Assembly (NCBI GenBank): GCA_018238155.1
Contig: JABCTZ010000032.1
Span: 192,001 to 256,000 of the forward strand
Direction of reading: 5' to 3'
Source of the DNA: Candidatus Heimdallarchaeota archaeon
Lineage (GTDB): Archaea > Asgardarchaeota > Heimdallarchaeia > JABLTI01
DNA length: 64,000 nucleotides
The position numbers and the translations under genes are program-made. The notes beneath the pieces were generated by a model that worked only from the letters and a program-made list of their open reading frames with translations, had not been told where the DNA came from and did no database searches. Positions 9,683-20,650 of the stretch are shown here, in pieces (position 1 is the first letter of the stretch; each line of letters opens with the position of its first letter).

Positions 9683-11350
9683 TTAAGCTGTTAATTTTGA
9701 GGAAGTTTTCACTCTTCCACCCATTTTTTCTATTAAGAAAAATGACAAATAGGAAATAATGAGCAAAATTGCTCCAATAGCACTTCCCTGCCCAAATTGT
9801 CTCACACTTCTTAATTTGAATAATGCTACTGTTAAAGTAGCTATTGAACTGTTTCTTAAATAGAAGAAATTCGCAATAGTAAATTCTCCAATACTCAATC
9901 CAACTGCAAAAGCTAGTCCGGCAACAAGTGCAGGTAATAGTAGTGGTGCATAGATTTTTCTTAATTTGAACCAGAAGGTAGCACCAAGTGTTTTTGCTGA
10001 TTCTTCCATCTCAGGATCAATAGCATTTAACCCATTCATCAATGCTCGAGTAACAAATGGATATCCAAGAAGACCATGACTAATTATAATGAATAACCAT
10101 GGATAATTAATAAAAAATATTGCATTTCCAAAAGCTCGATAAATACCAAGGGAAATTGTCATTGATGATACTGCAAGTGGGAGATAGCTAATCATTTCAT
10201 AAGAAACAGATTTTCTTTCTCTTCGATGTTTTCCTAGAACAGCTATTGTGATAATTGCTAATATTGTTGCAAAACAAGCACTACCGATTGCAAATAGAAG
10301 AGTATTCAAGATTGTGCGTGGAATTGATGTACCTAAATAGCTATTCCTTTCAAGTGAGAATATAGCTGCGTAATTCTCAAATGTAAATTGGCCCGTAGAT
10401 GTTTTAATGAAAGAGTTTATCAGAATACTAATCATTGGTGCTAATTCTAAGGTTAACCCTGCTAAGAAACAGAAAGCAAGCAACCACCCACTGAATTTTC
10501 TAAAGAATGTCTTAAACTCTAATTGCGTTCGTGGGAAAACTGCTGTATTACTTGTTTTCTTTTGTTTTGAGTTTCTGCGCATTAGAAGCAAATAACCAAC
10601 AACATAAGCAATAGTAATTATTAATTGCATTATTGCTAATGCTGCTGCTAGGTTTGTTTCTCCAGTAAAATAACTCGAGTTAATTTCAACTTCAACACTT
10701 CGATAATTACCTGGTGTGCCTAACATTAAGATAATACCAAAACTCAGAAAACAAAAATTGAAAGTGAGCATTGCTGCAGTTAAAATTGGTTGCAAGAATA
10801 ATGGTAAATAGATTCTGAAAAAAGAATGAGTGGAATTGCTCTTCATGGTTTTAGCTGCATCGATAAGGTCACGATCGAAATTTCGATAATAAGCAACAAA
10901 ATAGTGGATGACTAAAGGGATATTATAAAATGCATGAGCCATGATAATGGAAAGTAGAGGGATACCAAATAACCCATTTTCAGAAAAGATATTCAAGAAT
11001 CCCATTCCTACTAATACAGAAGGGAGAACAAATGGTACTGTAAACAATGTTAGAAGGATCTTTCTCCCTGTAAATTCATACTTTCCAAAGAAATAGCCTA
11101 ACGGAATACCAATTAAAAGTGATACAATTGTACTGAGTAGTGCTTGTGAAAGAGTAAATGCAAACAATTTGTAATAATATCCATTGGAGAAAACTTTTCC
11201 AAGATATTGGAAGGTAAAACCAGATTCATCTACAAAGCCATAGATTAGAACTGAAAAAACTGGAAATAGAAGAAATAATGTGATAAGCAATATCGGTGTT
11301 AGAAAACCTACTACTCTAACAATTTTCTTACCTGAATATTCAATTGCCAT
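9683..11350 (-). CDS. ABC transporter permease (Fe3+/thiamine ThiP-like, two repeats)
   Basis: Multi-TM protein with two EAA-like loops (LIDAAKTM, MEESAKTLGA) and PFVLPS. Confidence 0.85.
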   Translation of the reverse strand: MAIEYSGKKIVRVVGFLTPILLITLFLLFPVFSVLIYGFVDESGFTFQYLGKVFSNGYYYKLFAFTLSQALLSTIVSLLIGIPLGYFFGKYEFTGRKILLTLFTVPFVLPSVLVGMGFLNIFSENGLFGIPLLSIIMAHAFYNIPLVIHYFVAYYRNFDRDLIDAAKTMKSNSTHSFFRIYLPLFLQPILTAAMLTFNFCFLSFGIILMLGTPGNYRSVEVEINSSYFTGETNLAAALAIMQLIITIAYVVGYLLLMRRNSKQKKTSNTAVFPRTQLEFKTFFRKFSGWLLAFCFLAGLTLELAPMISILINSFIKTSTGQFTFENYAAIFSLERNSYLGTSIPRTILNTLLFAIGSACFATILAIITIAVLGKHRRERKSVSYEMISYLPLAVSSMTISLGIYRAFGNAIFFINYPWLFIIISHGLLGYPFVTRALMNGLNAIDPEMEESAKTLGATFWFKLRKIYAPLLLPALVAGLAFAVGLSIGEFTIANFFYLRNSSIATLTVALFKLRSVRQFGQGSAIGAILLIISYLSFFLIEKMGGRVKTSSKLTA

Positions 11351-11546
11351 CCATTTTCCACCAGTTAGAAAATACTATACCTCATTTATATAAGTCCCTT
11401 ATAAAATAGTTTAGTCTCGCAAGAAAATCAATCAGAAATATGGTAATCTACTCAAAGAGAAGTCCTGAATAAAAAAAGAAAAAACAATTGAATAATTAGA
11501 GAGTTCAAGTATTAAAAAAACAAAAAATGAAAAGAGTGGATAACAT

Positions 11547-12458
11547 TCATTCCATGGGATGAATGAAAGAATTGAAATCAATGATAGTTTCAAAGTTTAC
11601 AATAGCTTTCCCTGGTGTAAAGAGCATTTCAAATTCCTTGTAATCACCAAGTTCGGGATATAATTCGAGTAAATCTAGCAGAACACTTTTGGTTACACTT
11701 TCAGAAGCTCTAGATAATTGTGCCAATCTATCCAAATTTGCAGGTTCTCCTGGTTTGAGGTCTTTGAAAATAATCTTAAAAGCAAGTACAATATTAGATC
11801 GGATAAAATGTTCTATTGAATCAAAACCAAGGAGACGATACAAAATTCTCATTGTATAGGTTCCTTTTCTTTGAATGTAAGCATAAGAACTTTGATTGTA
11901 TGAATTCATAATATCATATTCATAATAATACGCTTTTTGCAACTCCAAGATTGGATCAAATAAATATTCATACATTGTTTTTTGTTCTTCAGCAGTTTTG
12001 TATTTTTTCAAATATTTGAGATATTCAGAGTTATATTTTCCTTTATTGAAATCCTCTTCCAAATTAATACATAATTTATTCATCGTTTTTAGTGGTGTTG
12101 TTTCGAATAGAATCAAAAATGCATATTTCTTCAATCTTTTTCCAAATCTTAAATTCTTTCGAGTTTCAAATAGAATGTCTTGCAAATCTACTAAATCACT
12201 TTTTTCAACAATTGACATAATTTCATTATGTTCCTTCTTGTTTGAATTGTAGATAGCAAGCATTATTAATAGCACTACTAAATAACCTGTTGTAGATAAT
12301 CCGATTAATATTGAAAAAGCTACGTTATAGCCAAGAAAGCCCCATAATAACACCAATAATAAAAATAATAATCCCCATAAAGTTGAAATAAATATTATTG
12401 CAGATCTGAGCGATTTCTGCTGCTTGTGTGTTTCATTATCAAAAAGCGTCGTTTTCAA
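11547..12458 (-). CDS. Hypothetical membrane protein (2 N-terminal TM helices, possible C-terminal winged helix)
   Basis: 303-aa ORF with a hydrophobic N-terminus; C-terminal ANLDRLAQLSRASESVTKSVL is HTH-like. Confidence 0.6.
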   Translation of the reverse strand: MKTTLFDNETHKQQKSLRSAIIFISTLWGLLFLLLVLLWGFLGYNVAFSILIGLSTTGYLVVLLIMLAIYNSNKKEHNEIMSIVEKSDLVDLQDILFETRKNLRFGKRLKKYAFLILFETTPLKTMNKLCINLEEDFNKGKYNSEYLKYLKKYKTAEEQKTMYEYLFDPILELQKAYYYEYDIMNSYNQSSYAYIQRKGTYTMRILYRLLGFDSIEHFIRSNIVLAFKIIFKDLKPGEPANLDRLAQLSRASESVTKSVLLDLLELYPELGDYKEFEMLFTPGKAIVNFETIIDFNSFIHPME

Positions 12459-12610
12459 TGTTGGTCTCTCTGAGATTTAATACCTCTCTCGGTTATTAAA
12501 CATTTAGAATTTTAACTTTAAACTGAATAAGAAGACTAAAGTTTAAAGAATACAAATATTGAAATGAGTGATACATTGTACAAAATATCGTTAAACAAAA
12601 GGTAAGAATC

Positions 12611-13672
12611 ATGCCCTCCATTGAAGTGAAAAACATCTCAAAAAAGTTTGATGATTCAATAGCAATTCAAGATATTAGTTTTAAATTGGAAGAAGGTAAA
12701 TTACTCACTTTATTAGGACCAAGTGGAAGTGGAAAAACAACTATCCTTCGATTAATCGCCGGACTAATTGAACTTGATACTGGTGAGATATTCTTTGATG
12801 ATATTGATGTAGTTAAAATACCTACAGAAGAACGAAATATTGGATTTGTGTTCCAATCATATGCTCTCTTCCCTCATCTCCCTGTTTCTGAGAATATTGC
12901 TTTTGGTCTTGAAACTAGAAAATGGACAAAAGAGGCTATTATAGTTAGAGTAAAGGAGATGCTAGCTTTAGTTGGGCTTACAGGTAAAGGAAAAAGATAC
13001 CCTAGAGAGTTGAGTGGAGGTGAGAAATCCCGAGTAGCACTAGCTCGTGCATTGGCGCCAAATCCCTCTCTTCTTTTATTAGATGAACCACTATCTGCTT
13101 TAGACATGTCACTAAAAGAGACTTTGAGAGAAACAATAAGAAATATACAACAAAAAATTGGTGTTTCAACCATTTATGTAACTCATGATCAAACTGAAGC
13201 AATGGAAATTTCCGATCAAATCTTGGTTCTTGATCATGGTCAAATTGTCGAGAGTGGCTCACCTCAAGAATTGTATTTAGCGCCCAAGAAGAAATTCACC
13301 GCCGAATTTTTCGGCATAACTAATATCTTGACTGGAAAAGTGACTACAATACATGAGCGTTATTATTTGAACCATTCTTCAGGTAGTATCCTCTTACCAA
13401 AAAATTGGTCTTCTACAGTCGATGAAGAAATAACTATAGCAATTTTTCCACAACATATTATTCTCTCAAATAATACTAAAAAGTTAGACAATGAATTTCC
13501 GGCTATTGTTGTTAGTTCTTCTTTTGGAGGATCCATTGTTTCTGTAATTGTTGAAGTAAATGGTTTTCCATTTGAAATTCAATTTACGAGTTCTCGAATA
13601 AAAAACAAATTCACAGAAGGGGAAAAGCTTTACCTTTCTATTCCTGAATCTTCTATTCTCTTGCTTGAATAA
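12611..13672 (+). CDS. ABC transporter ATP-binding protein (PotA/FbpC-like, TOBE domain)
   Basis: GPSGSGKTT, FQSYALFPHL, LSGGE, LLLDEP, YVTHDQ. Confidence 0.93.
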   Translation: MPSIEVKNISKKFDDSIAIQDISFKLEEGKLLTLLGPSGSGKTTILRLIAGLIELDTGEIFFDDIDVVKIPTEERNIGFVFQSYALFPHLPVSENIAFGLETRKWTKEAIIVRVKEMLALVGLTGKGKRYPRELSGGEKSRVALARALAPNPSLLLLDEPLSALDMSLKETLRETIRNIQQKIGVSTIYVTHDQTEAMEISDQILVLDHGQIVESGSPQELYLAPKKKFTAEFFGITNILTGKVTTIHERYYLNHSSGSILLPKNWSSTVDEEITIAIFPQHIILSNNTKKLDNEFPAIVVSSSFGGSIVSVIVEVNGFPFEIQFTSSRIKNKFTEGEKLYLSIPESSILLLE

Positions 13673-13740
13673 AATAGATGACAAATAAGAAATAGAATTG
13701 AGTGAGTAGAAATTATCTACTCAAAAAGTCAATGTATAAC

Positions 13741-14019
13741 TTACAATCTAAATAATTGTAGAGCTTCGATTTCACTTACACCTTCAACTTTCTCTAGAAC
13801 TGATTCAAGGTGATCTTGTAAGCCATCTTGTTCTTCAAAATTGATATCAACAATAAGTGCTACCATTCCAAAAGCAATTGGTCTTTCACCTGAAGCTGTT
13901 ACTTTCATATCTTCAGGTAATGCTTTAATTATTCTTTCTTTTATTACTGCTGGTTTCACGTTTATGTCTTCTGGCAATATTTTGTATGTGCCTACTATTC
14001 TGGTACTTTTTTTAGTCAT
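13741..14019 (-). CDS. ef1b: Elongation factor 1-beta
   Basis: KILPED, PIAFGMVAL, VEGVSEIE pattern; 92 aa. Confidence 0.9.
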   Translation of the reverse strand: MTKKSTRIVGTYKILPEDINVKPAVIKERIIKALPEDMKVTASGERPIAFGMVALIVDINFEEQDGLQDHLESVLEKVEGVSEIEALQLFRL

Positions 14020-14124
14020 TTTTTTTCATCTCATTTCTTTTTTGAATAAAGGACTTTTAATTAACTAGCTTTTTCTGGTTAATGTTTGCTTTTTCTTCTT
14101 TTCGATATGGTTGAAATTCAATTT

Positions 14125-17100
14125 CTATTCTAGTGGAACAATCGTTAGTTTTACTTTTGTTCCATCTATATCCCAATCTGATGAAATACCATCTTTCTTT
14201 GCGCCAACTTTGATAAGTGTTGATAATGTTTCTGTTTTAATGAACTCTGCCCACTTATTCATAGCATTGGTAATTTTTTCATCACCTTTATAGTAAAGTT
14301 CAATATTTTGAGTGTATTCAAGATTTGCTTCTTTCCTCATAGTTTGTACTCTCCGAACAATGTCTCGGACAAGTCCTTCTTGGATAAGTTTTGGTGTTAA
14401 TTTCGTTTTAATGAAAATCTGTCCACCATCAAAGGAAGCATCTGAATATCCTTCTTTACCACTTGAGATTATATCCAAATATTCTTCGTTAACATCAAAT
14501 ACTCCATCTTCTGTTTCTAGTTTGAAGGAATGTTTCTCTCTTATATCTGTAACCGCTTTCTGAGATTTTTCATCTGAAAGATCTTTAATTGCATTTCCTA
14601 CTACATGAGCATTTTGTTTGAACGCCGGTCCTAGAAGTTTGAATTTTGGTTTTAATTGATAGTTAACCATTTCAGAAAGCTCTACTTGGAATGTAATCTC
14701 CTTTATATTGAGTTCTTCTTTGATTTCTGTTAAAAATTGTTTAGCCATTTTTTGTTGAGCTTCAGAGCAAACAACAATCAATTCTTGTAATGGTAATCTA
14801 ACTTTGATGTTAGCTTTATTTCTTGCAGCTCTACCTGCTTCAACGATAGCAATAGTACAATCCATAGCTTTCTCAAGATGGATGAGGATTGCTTTGGGAT
14901 TTTTCTTTGGAAATGCTTCATAGTGAACGCTCAGCATTTCCTTCTTTTTCTTTCCCTTCTCTAATCTTCTAACGAGATTTTGATATAATTCCTCAGCAAC
15001 AAATGGGATAAAAGGTGCGATGATCTTAGTTATCCTTACAAGAGTTTCATACAATGTAGCAAGAGCGTCTTTTTTATCTTTAGTTATTTCTGAGTTCCAG
15101 AATCTTCTTCGTGATCTTCTGATATACCAATTGCTCAAATCTTCAACAACGAATCTATCAATTGCTGCTGCAGCTTTATGAGATTGGAATTCATCTAAAT
15201 TTTCACTTACAGTAACAACTAAAGAATTCAATTTAGAGATTAACCATTGATCTAAAACTGATCTGTCATTTAATTTACTCTCAATAGTTCTTGGATCAAT
15301 ATCATCAATATTGACATTTGTTACAAAGAAGGAATAGACATTCCAGAGAGTGCTGAAAAATCTTCTTCGTGTATCTTCGATAACTTCATTTGAGAAACGA
15401 GTAGGATTCCAAACCGGCGATGAGAAGAAATACCACCTCATTGGGTCTGCTCCTAAAGTATCATAAACCGAAGAAGGGTTTACAACATTTCCAATATGTT
15501 TGCTCATTTTAACTCCTTTCTTGTCAAGAACATGGCCCATAGTTAGGCAGTTTAAATAAGCCGGTTTATTGAAAACAGCAGTACTAATTGCTAGCAAAGT
15601 ATAAAACCATCCTCTTGTTTGATCAATAGCCTCAGTAATAAAATCTATAGGATAATGCTCTTCGAATTTCTCTTTATTTTCAAAGGGATAATGCCATTGA
15701 GCAAATTGAGATGCACCGGATTCATACCAACAGTCGATTACAAAAGGTTCTCTCTTCATCTTTTTACTACATTCGGGACAGAACAAGTCAATTTCATCTA
15801 TCCATGGTTGGTGTAGCTCGAAATCTTCTGGAAGTTCTTTTTTCATATATGACTTTAATTCTTCCACTCCACCAATACAAACTGTCTTATCACAAGTACA
15901 CATCCAAATTGGCAAAGGTGACCCCCAGAATCGCTCACGGCTGAGTGCCCAATCAACAATATTATCTAAGAAATCACCAAAACGACCGTGTTTCAAATGA
16001 GCAGGAACCCAATTGATTTGTTCATTTGTAGCAAGAATTTGCTCACGCAATGTACTCATTCTAATAAGCCAAGCTTCTCGAGCATAATACATTGTGGGTG
16101 TTTTGCATCTCCAACAAAAACCACTTGTATGTTTTGATGTTTTTTCTGTAATTAAACGCTCATCATCTCTAAGTACTTTAATGATAAGTTTATCCGCATC
16201 TTTAATGAACATTCCAGCCCAAGGAGTTATTTCTTCTGTAAAGGTTCCATTTGTTTTGACGGGTTGTAAGAATGGAAGGTTCTTTTGTAATGCAAGTTCG
16301 TAATCTTCTGGACCAAATGCTGGCGCTGTGTGAACAATACCAGTTCCATCTTCTGTACTAACAAAATCAGCTGTAACTACTCTAAATCCTTTCTTTGCTT
16401 CTTTCGCAGGAAGTTTTGCATATGAGAATAATTGTTCATATCGCATTTCTTCCAAATCTTTTCCTTTCATTTTTTCTATTACTTTATAATCATTATTTGG
16501 AAATATTGTAGAAAGTCTATCTTTTGCGAGAATGTACATTTCATCTTCACGTTGGATTTTAACATAATTGATATCTTTTCCAACTGCGAGACCCACATTA
16601 GAAATTAATGTCCATGGAGTTGTTGTCCAAGCTAAAAAGAAGGTGTTTTTTTCTCCTTCTTTAGTAAACTTAATTGTGATTGATGGATCACTTGTTTCCT
16701 TCAACCCTTGTGAATACTCGTGACTACTTAGAGTTACCTCACATCTCGGGCATGATGGAATTACTTTATATCCTTTAATGAGGAGTCCTTTGTCCCATAA
16801 ATCCTTCAAACTCCACCAGACGGATTCAATATAGTTATCCTCCATGGTAATGTAGGCATTATCCATATCGATCCAGAAACCAACTCGTCTGGTCATCTCT
16901 TCCCAATCGCTAACATATTTCATAACTGACTTTCTACATCTTTGATTGAATTTCTTAATACCATAATCAAAAATTTCGGTTTTTGAATTTAATCCCAATT
17001 CTTTCTCAATTTCAATTTCTACTGGTAGACCATGACAATCCCATCCTCCAATTAGAGGTGAAACAAAGAAACCGTTCATAGATTTATAACGAATATAGAG

Positions 17101-17304
17101 GTCTTTCAAACATCTAGTTAAAACATGCCCTACATGCGGCAAACCATTGGCTGTTGGAGGTCCTTCTAAGAAAATGAACTTTTCATTCCCCTTTCGATTA
17201 TCTCTTAATTTATGATAAACATCTTCTTTTTCCCAGAATTTGAGAATCTTTTTTTCGATTTTTGGAAATTCAACGAATGTTTTTACTTCTTTGAAGATAG
17301 TCAT
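14125..17304 (-). CDS. ileS: Isoleucyl-tRNA synthetase (archaeal/eukaryotic type)
   Basis: EGPPTANGLPHVGH, GWDCHGLP, WTTTPWTL, GTGIVHTAP, DQTRGWF, KMSKH. Confidence 0.98.
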   Translation of the reverse strand: MTIFKEVKTFVEFPKIEKKILKFWEKEDVYHKLRDNRKGNEKFIFLEGPPTANGLPHVGHVLTRCLKDLYIRYKSMNGFFVSPLIGGWDCHGLPVEIEIEKELGLNSKTEIFDYGIKKFNQRCRKSVMKYVSDWEEMTRRVGFWIDMDNAYITMEDNYIESVWWSLKDLWDKGLLIKGYKVIPSCPRCEVTLSSHEYSQGLKETSDPSITIKFTKEGEKNTFFLAWTTTPWTLISNVGLAVGKDINYVKIQREDEMYILAKDRLSTIFPNNDYKVIEKMKGKDLEEMRYEQLFSYAKLPAKEAKKGFRVVTADFVSTEDGTGIVHTAPAFGPEDYELALQKNLPFLQPVKTNGTFTEEITPWAGMFIKDADKLIIKVLRDDERLITEKTSKHTSGFCWRCKTPTMYYAREAWLIRMSTLREQILATNEQINWVPAHLKHGRFGDFLDNIVDWALSRERFWGSPLPIWMCTCDKTVCIGGVEELKSYMKKELPEDFELHQPWIDEIDLFCPECSKKMKREPFVIDCWYESGASQFAQWHYPFENKEKFEEHYPIDFITEAIDQTRGWFYTLLAISTAVFNKPAYLNCLTMGHVLDKKGVKMSKHIGNVVNPSSVYDTLGADPMRWYFFSSPVWNPTRFSNEVIEDTRRRFFSTLWNVYSFFVTNVNIDDIDPRTIESKLNDRSVLDQWLISKLNSLVVTVSENLDEFQSHKAAAAIDRFVVEDLSNWYIRRSRRRFWNSEITKDKKDALATLYETLVRITKIIAPFIPFVAEELYQNLVRRLEKGKKKKEMLSVHYEAFPKKNPKAILIHLEKAMDCTIAIVEAGRAARNKANIKVRLPLQELIVVCSEAQQKMAKQFLTEIKEELNIKEITFQVELSEMVNYQLKPKFKLLGPAFKQNAHVVGNAIKDLSDEKSQKAVTDIREKHSFKLETEDGVFDVNEEYLDIISSGKEGYSDASFDGGQIFIKTKLTPKLIQEGLVRDIVRRVQTMRKEANLEYTQNIELYYKGDEKITNAMNKWAEFIKTETLSTLIKVGAKKDGISSDWDIDGTKVKLTIVPLE

Positions 17305-17522
17305 GATATTTTGACCTCAATTAAAAATTAATGATAATAATCAATTTCTGTTATTACTGGTTTTTGAAAACCTCTCTCGCCATTTTAAAGTTTTTTTGAT
17401 ATTATGATTATCTAAAAAAAGATAAAATATTCTCCTTATTTGTGTTTTTAACCTAAACTAAGTATAATACTCTTGTAATATTATCGAAAGTATTATTTGT
17501 AGTATGAATCTATAATTAGTCT

Positions 17523-17852
17523 ATGTTAGATGAAAATAATCAAATGCCAATTGCAGATCTTTCTACAGAAGAGATTGAAACAACATTCGAAGAATCCGAT
17601 GAAGAAAACATGCTTTTCGAAGAAGAAATTTTTGTAGATTCATCAAGGAAATTTACCTTTCGTTCCTTTCTCAGGATGAGTGGCATAACAATTGTTTTCC
17701 TATTGCTAGCTGCAGTTGTTATGATTATTGGTTTGATTGTATACTATTATACTGCTACTGAAACCTTAAGAAATGCTGGTTTTTGGCTAATCATTGTAGG
17801 AGTAATTGTTTTTCTTTTGACAATTATTTTCGGATTTGAACGAATAGAATAG
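17523..17852 (+). CDS. Hypothetical 2-TM membrane protein with acidic N-terminus
   Basis: 109-aa ORF with two hydrophobic helices. Confidence 0.6.
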   Translation: MLDENNQMPIADLSTEEIETTFEESDEENMLFEEEIFVDSSRKFTFRSFLRMSGITIVFLLLAAVVMIIGLIVYYYTATETLRNAGFWLIIVGVIVFLLTIIFGFERIE

Positions 17853-17871
17853 CTCTTGATTTAGATCTTTG

Positions 17872-18069
17872 CTATTTGTTGAAATCTTTTTCAGACCAGG
17901 ATGAGAGTCTGATTTGTTCACTTTTACATTTGGGGCAAACAGTTCTCTGAAAAACTATGCCATCTTCTTCTTTTTGAATATATTCTGCTTCTGCGAAGCG
18001 ATGTCCACAATCATTACAAATATACACATCTGGACGCCATACGTCTGTTTGTTCTTTCTTCTTGGACAT
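17872..18069 (-). CDS. Small zinc-ribbon protein
   Basis: CNDCG...CPKC; likely start ATG 18069 after an AGGTGA SD. Confidence 0.7.
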   Translation of the reverse strand: MSKKKEQTDVWRPDVYICNDCGHRFAEAEYIQKEEDGIVFQRTVCPKCKSEQIRLSSWSEKDFNK

Positions 18070-18280
18070 ATTTCTCACCTTTCTTCTTCTTCAATATTCT
18101 ATATTAGAACTATAAATCTTATTCAAGAATAACATAATAATAGAAATCAAAATATTACTATTAATATTAAATCACTAAGAAAAACAAAACTTTAATAATG
18201 AAGATATTTTTAAAACAAGAAAGAATTGAAAAAGATGTTAATAGAGCTTTATCTTAGATGTTCGGAGTTGCTCAAATACA

Positions 18281-18706
18281 ATGTCATTATGGAAAAATAA
18301 AACTAACAGAACAATATTGATCTCCTCAATATTTCTAGTGCTTGTTTTAGCCTTAATTATTTTCATATCTGTTTACGATGTAGAGAATGAACCATTAATT
18401 GGTTTAATGTGGTTATTTAGTAATGCTGGTGCAATAATAATTGTCGGACTATTGTTCTGGATACTGTATTTTAATCTTTTACTCCTCGTTGGAAGTATCC
18501 GTGAAAAGATGGATGCACTCCCTGGTTGGACTGAAATTGTCATTTGTGCACTCGTTACATTACTACCTGCAATATTCCTTGGGAATTTTGATAACTTCTG
18601 GAAACCCTGGATTGTTTTTGGTATCACTGCTTTAGGTGTAATCCTAATTTCACTATGGTTCTTAATGAGTTCAACAGAAAGAGAAGAATCACCCACGAAA
18701 TCATAA
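18281..18706 (+). CDS. Hypothetical multi-TM membrane protein
   Basis: 141-aa ORF with about 4 hydrophobic helices. Confidence 0.65.
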   Translation: MSLWKNKTNRTILISSIFLVLVLALIIFISVYDVENEPLIGLMWLFSNAGAIIIVGLLFWILYFNLLLLVGSIREKMDALPGWTEIVICALVTLLPAIFLGNFDNFWKPWIVFGITALGVILISLWFLMSSTEREESPTKS

Positions 18707-19080
18707 GAGATTCACAATTGAATCTTTTTCCCCTATTTTTAATAATATCAAGTATATATTGTAAGTAATTTCTTTGTTTCTATTCACTCTTTAGGGAAAA
18801 TTTATTTACTAATAGATTTCTCATTTCTCTTGTAAGACAAAAAACCCCTAAATATCGGTCTTCACTTTGACTGAAAACTGCTATGCGGTATTCGAATTGC
18901 TCTTTAGATTAGACCGAGTCCCAAAATCCTTAATCATCTATTCCCACACATTCGGATTGGATTTTTATGGAATGAACTTTTCATTGGAAAGCTAATAGGG
19001 ATTCCAAGGATGATTTTGTCTGAAGATGGTTAAGTAAGTAAAAATCAACATAAAAGCTGTTTGAAAGGAAAGATGTCAAA

Positions 19081-19818
19081 ATGTCCTATGATTCTGGTGA
19101 AAGAAGGCAATTTATTGATTTAGAGAAAAAAGCTCTTGTTAGATATGTCTATAGAAACCAAAAGTTTGAGATCATTGTTGATCCAGAACTGGCTTTAAAT
19201 TACAAGAAAGGAGCGGATATCCCTCTTTCTGATATAGTTGAAGGCTTTGTTGTTTTTCACAATGCATCCAAAGGCTCGAAAGCTTCAGAAGTTATTTTGG
19301 AGCAAATATTTGAGTCGAACAATAATGAAGAAATTGTTAAGATTATTCTCACAAAAGGTGCATTACAACTTACTCAAGCTCAACGAAAACGTTTACTCAA
19401 AGATAAAGAAGATGCGATTATTAATTTCATTCACATTCATTGTGTTAATCCACAAACAAATAAACCTCATCCTCCTGCAAGAATTGAGGCTGCAATGGAT
19501 GAAGCTGGAGTACATATCGATTATAATCTAGCCCCTGAAATACAGGCAAAAGAAGTTATCAAACAAATTCAAACTATCATTCCAATAAGATTGGAATCCG
19601 TTGTTTTAGCGGTAAAAGTTACTCCTGATTTCACTGGACCTGCTTTTGGTATAGTGTCTGGTGCAGGTGAACTCATTGAAGATCAATGGGGTGATGATGG
19701 GGTTTGGTATGCAAAAGTAGAAATGCCCTCTGGCAAACAAGCTGACTTTCTTGATAAGATTAACGCTTTAACTAAAGGTAAAGCTGAAGTGAAAATTGTT
19801 GAAAGAAAGAGTGAATGA
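19081..19818 (+). CDS. sdo1: Ribosome assembly factor SBDS/Sdo1
   Basis: FEIIVDP, LQLTQAQR, NPQTNKPHPPARIE; precedes the exosome genes. Confidence 0.95.
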   Translation: MSYDSGERRQFIDLEKKALVRYVYRNQKFEIIVDPELALNYKKGADIPLSDIVEGFVVFHNASKGSKASEVILEQIFESNNNEEIVKIILTKGALQLTQAQRKRLLKDKEDAIINFIHIHCVNPQTNKPHPPARIEAAMDEAGVHIDYNLAPEIQAKEVIKQIQTIIPIRLESVVLAVKVTPDFTGPAFGIVSGAGELIEDQWGDDGVWYAKVEMPSGKQADFLDKINALTKGKAEVKIVERKSE

Positions 19819-19862
19819 ATAAATAAAATAACAATTATTATTTAATCTAAGGAGAAAAAAAA

Positions 19863-20612
19863 ATGCCTATATTAATTCAAGATAGATCCATGGTTACTCC
19901 TGGCGAAGTTATCGCTGAAGGAGACTTTTCTATTGGATCTCATGTCTATAGAAGAGAAAAGAAAGTTGTCTCTCAAGTAATAGGTCTCGTAACAATAAAG
20001 GATAACTTTGTAAGTGTAGTCCCTCTTAAAGGAAAATACTTGCCAAGAGTTGGAGATCTTGTTATAGGAGTAGTTACTGATGTTTCTCTTAGTACATGGA
20101 TTGTGGATATCGCAAGTCCATATCCAGGTGTGATGAGAACCTCTATGTCATTAGCAAGACGATTCGATCCAATAAAAGACAAAACAAGGAAAATCTTTGA
20201 TGTTGGTGAAGTACTAGTTGCTAAAGTATTCTCATTCGATCGAACACGCGATCCAATTTTAACAGTTAGACCTGACACTCGTGGTGGAAATTCTCCATAT
20301 CTAGGTAAGCTAAACGGAGGTAGAGTAATTGATGTTAGCCCCTCCAAAATTCCTCGTCTAATTGGTAGAAGAGGAAGCATGATATCAACAATTAAGCATT
20401 TTACAAATTGTAAAATGATTGTTGGTCAAAACGGTCGTGTCTGGTTTAAAGGAAATAACTCTGAAGATGAGTCATTAGTTTTACGAGCAATTGAGAAAAT
20501 TGATCGCGAAGCTCATACTACTGGGTTAACTGATCGAATTAAAGAATTCCTAGAAGAAGCGAAAAAGGAAATGACCTCACCTTCTAAGGAAAACAAATCC
20601 AATAAGAAGTAA
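19863..20612 (+). CDS. rrp4: Exosome RNA-binding subunit Rrp4
   Basis: VTPGE, YLPRVGDLVIG (S1 domain), PRLIGRRGSMI and VGQNGRVW (KH domain). Confidence 0.96.
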   Translation: MPILIQDRSMVTPGEVIAEGDFSIGSHVYRREKKVVSQVIGLVTIKDNFVSVVPLKGKYLPRVGDLVIGVVTDVSLSTWIVDIASPYPGVMRTSMSLARRFDPIKDKTRKIFDVGEVLVAKVFSFDRTRDPILTVRPDTRGGNSPYLGKLNGGRVIDVSPSKIPRLIGRRGSMISTIKHFTNCKMIVGQNGRVWFKGNNSEDESLVLRAIEKIDREAHTTGLTDRIKEFLEEAKKEMTSPSKENKSNKK

Positions 20613-20650
20613 AACTCAGAAAAAAACTTAAGCTAATTAGGTGAAATTTA

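Noticed and set aside
18880-19080. RNase P, SRP or 5S RNA
   Set aside because: Their conserved signature sequences were not found on either strand; retained only as a generic structured-leader candidate
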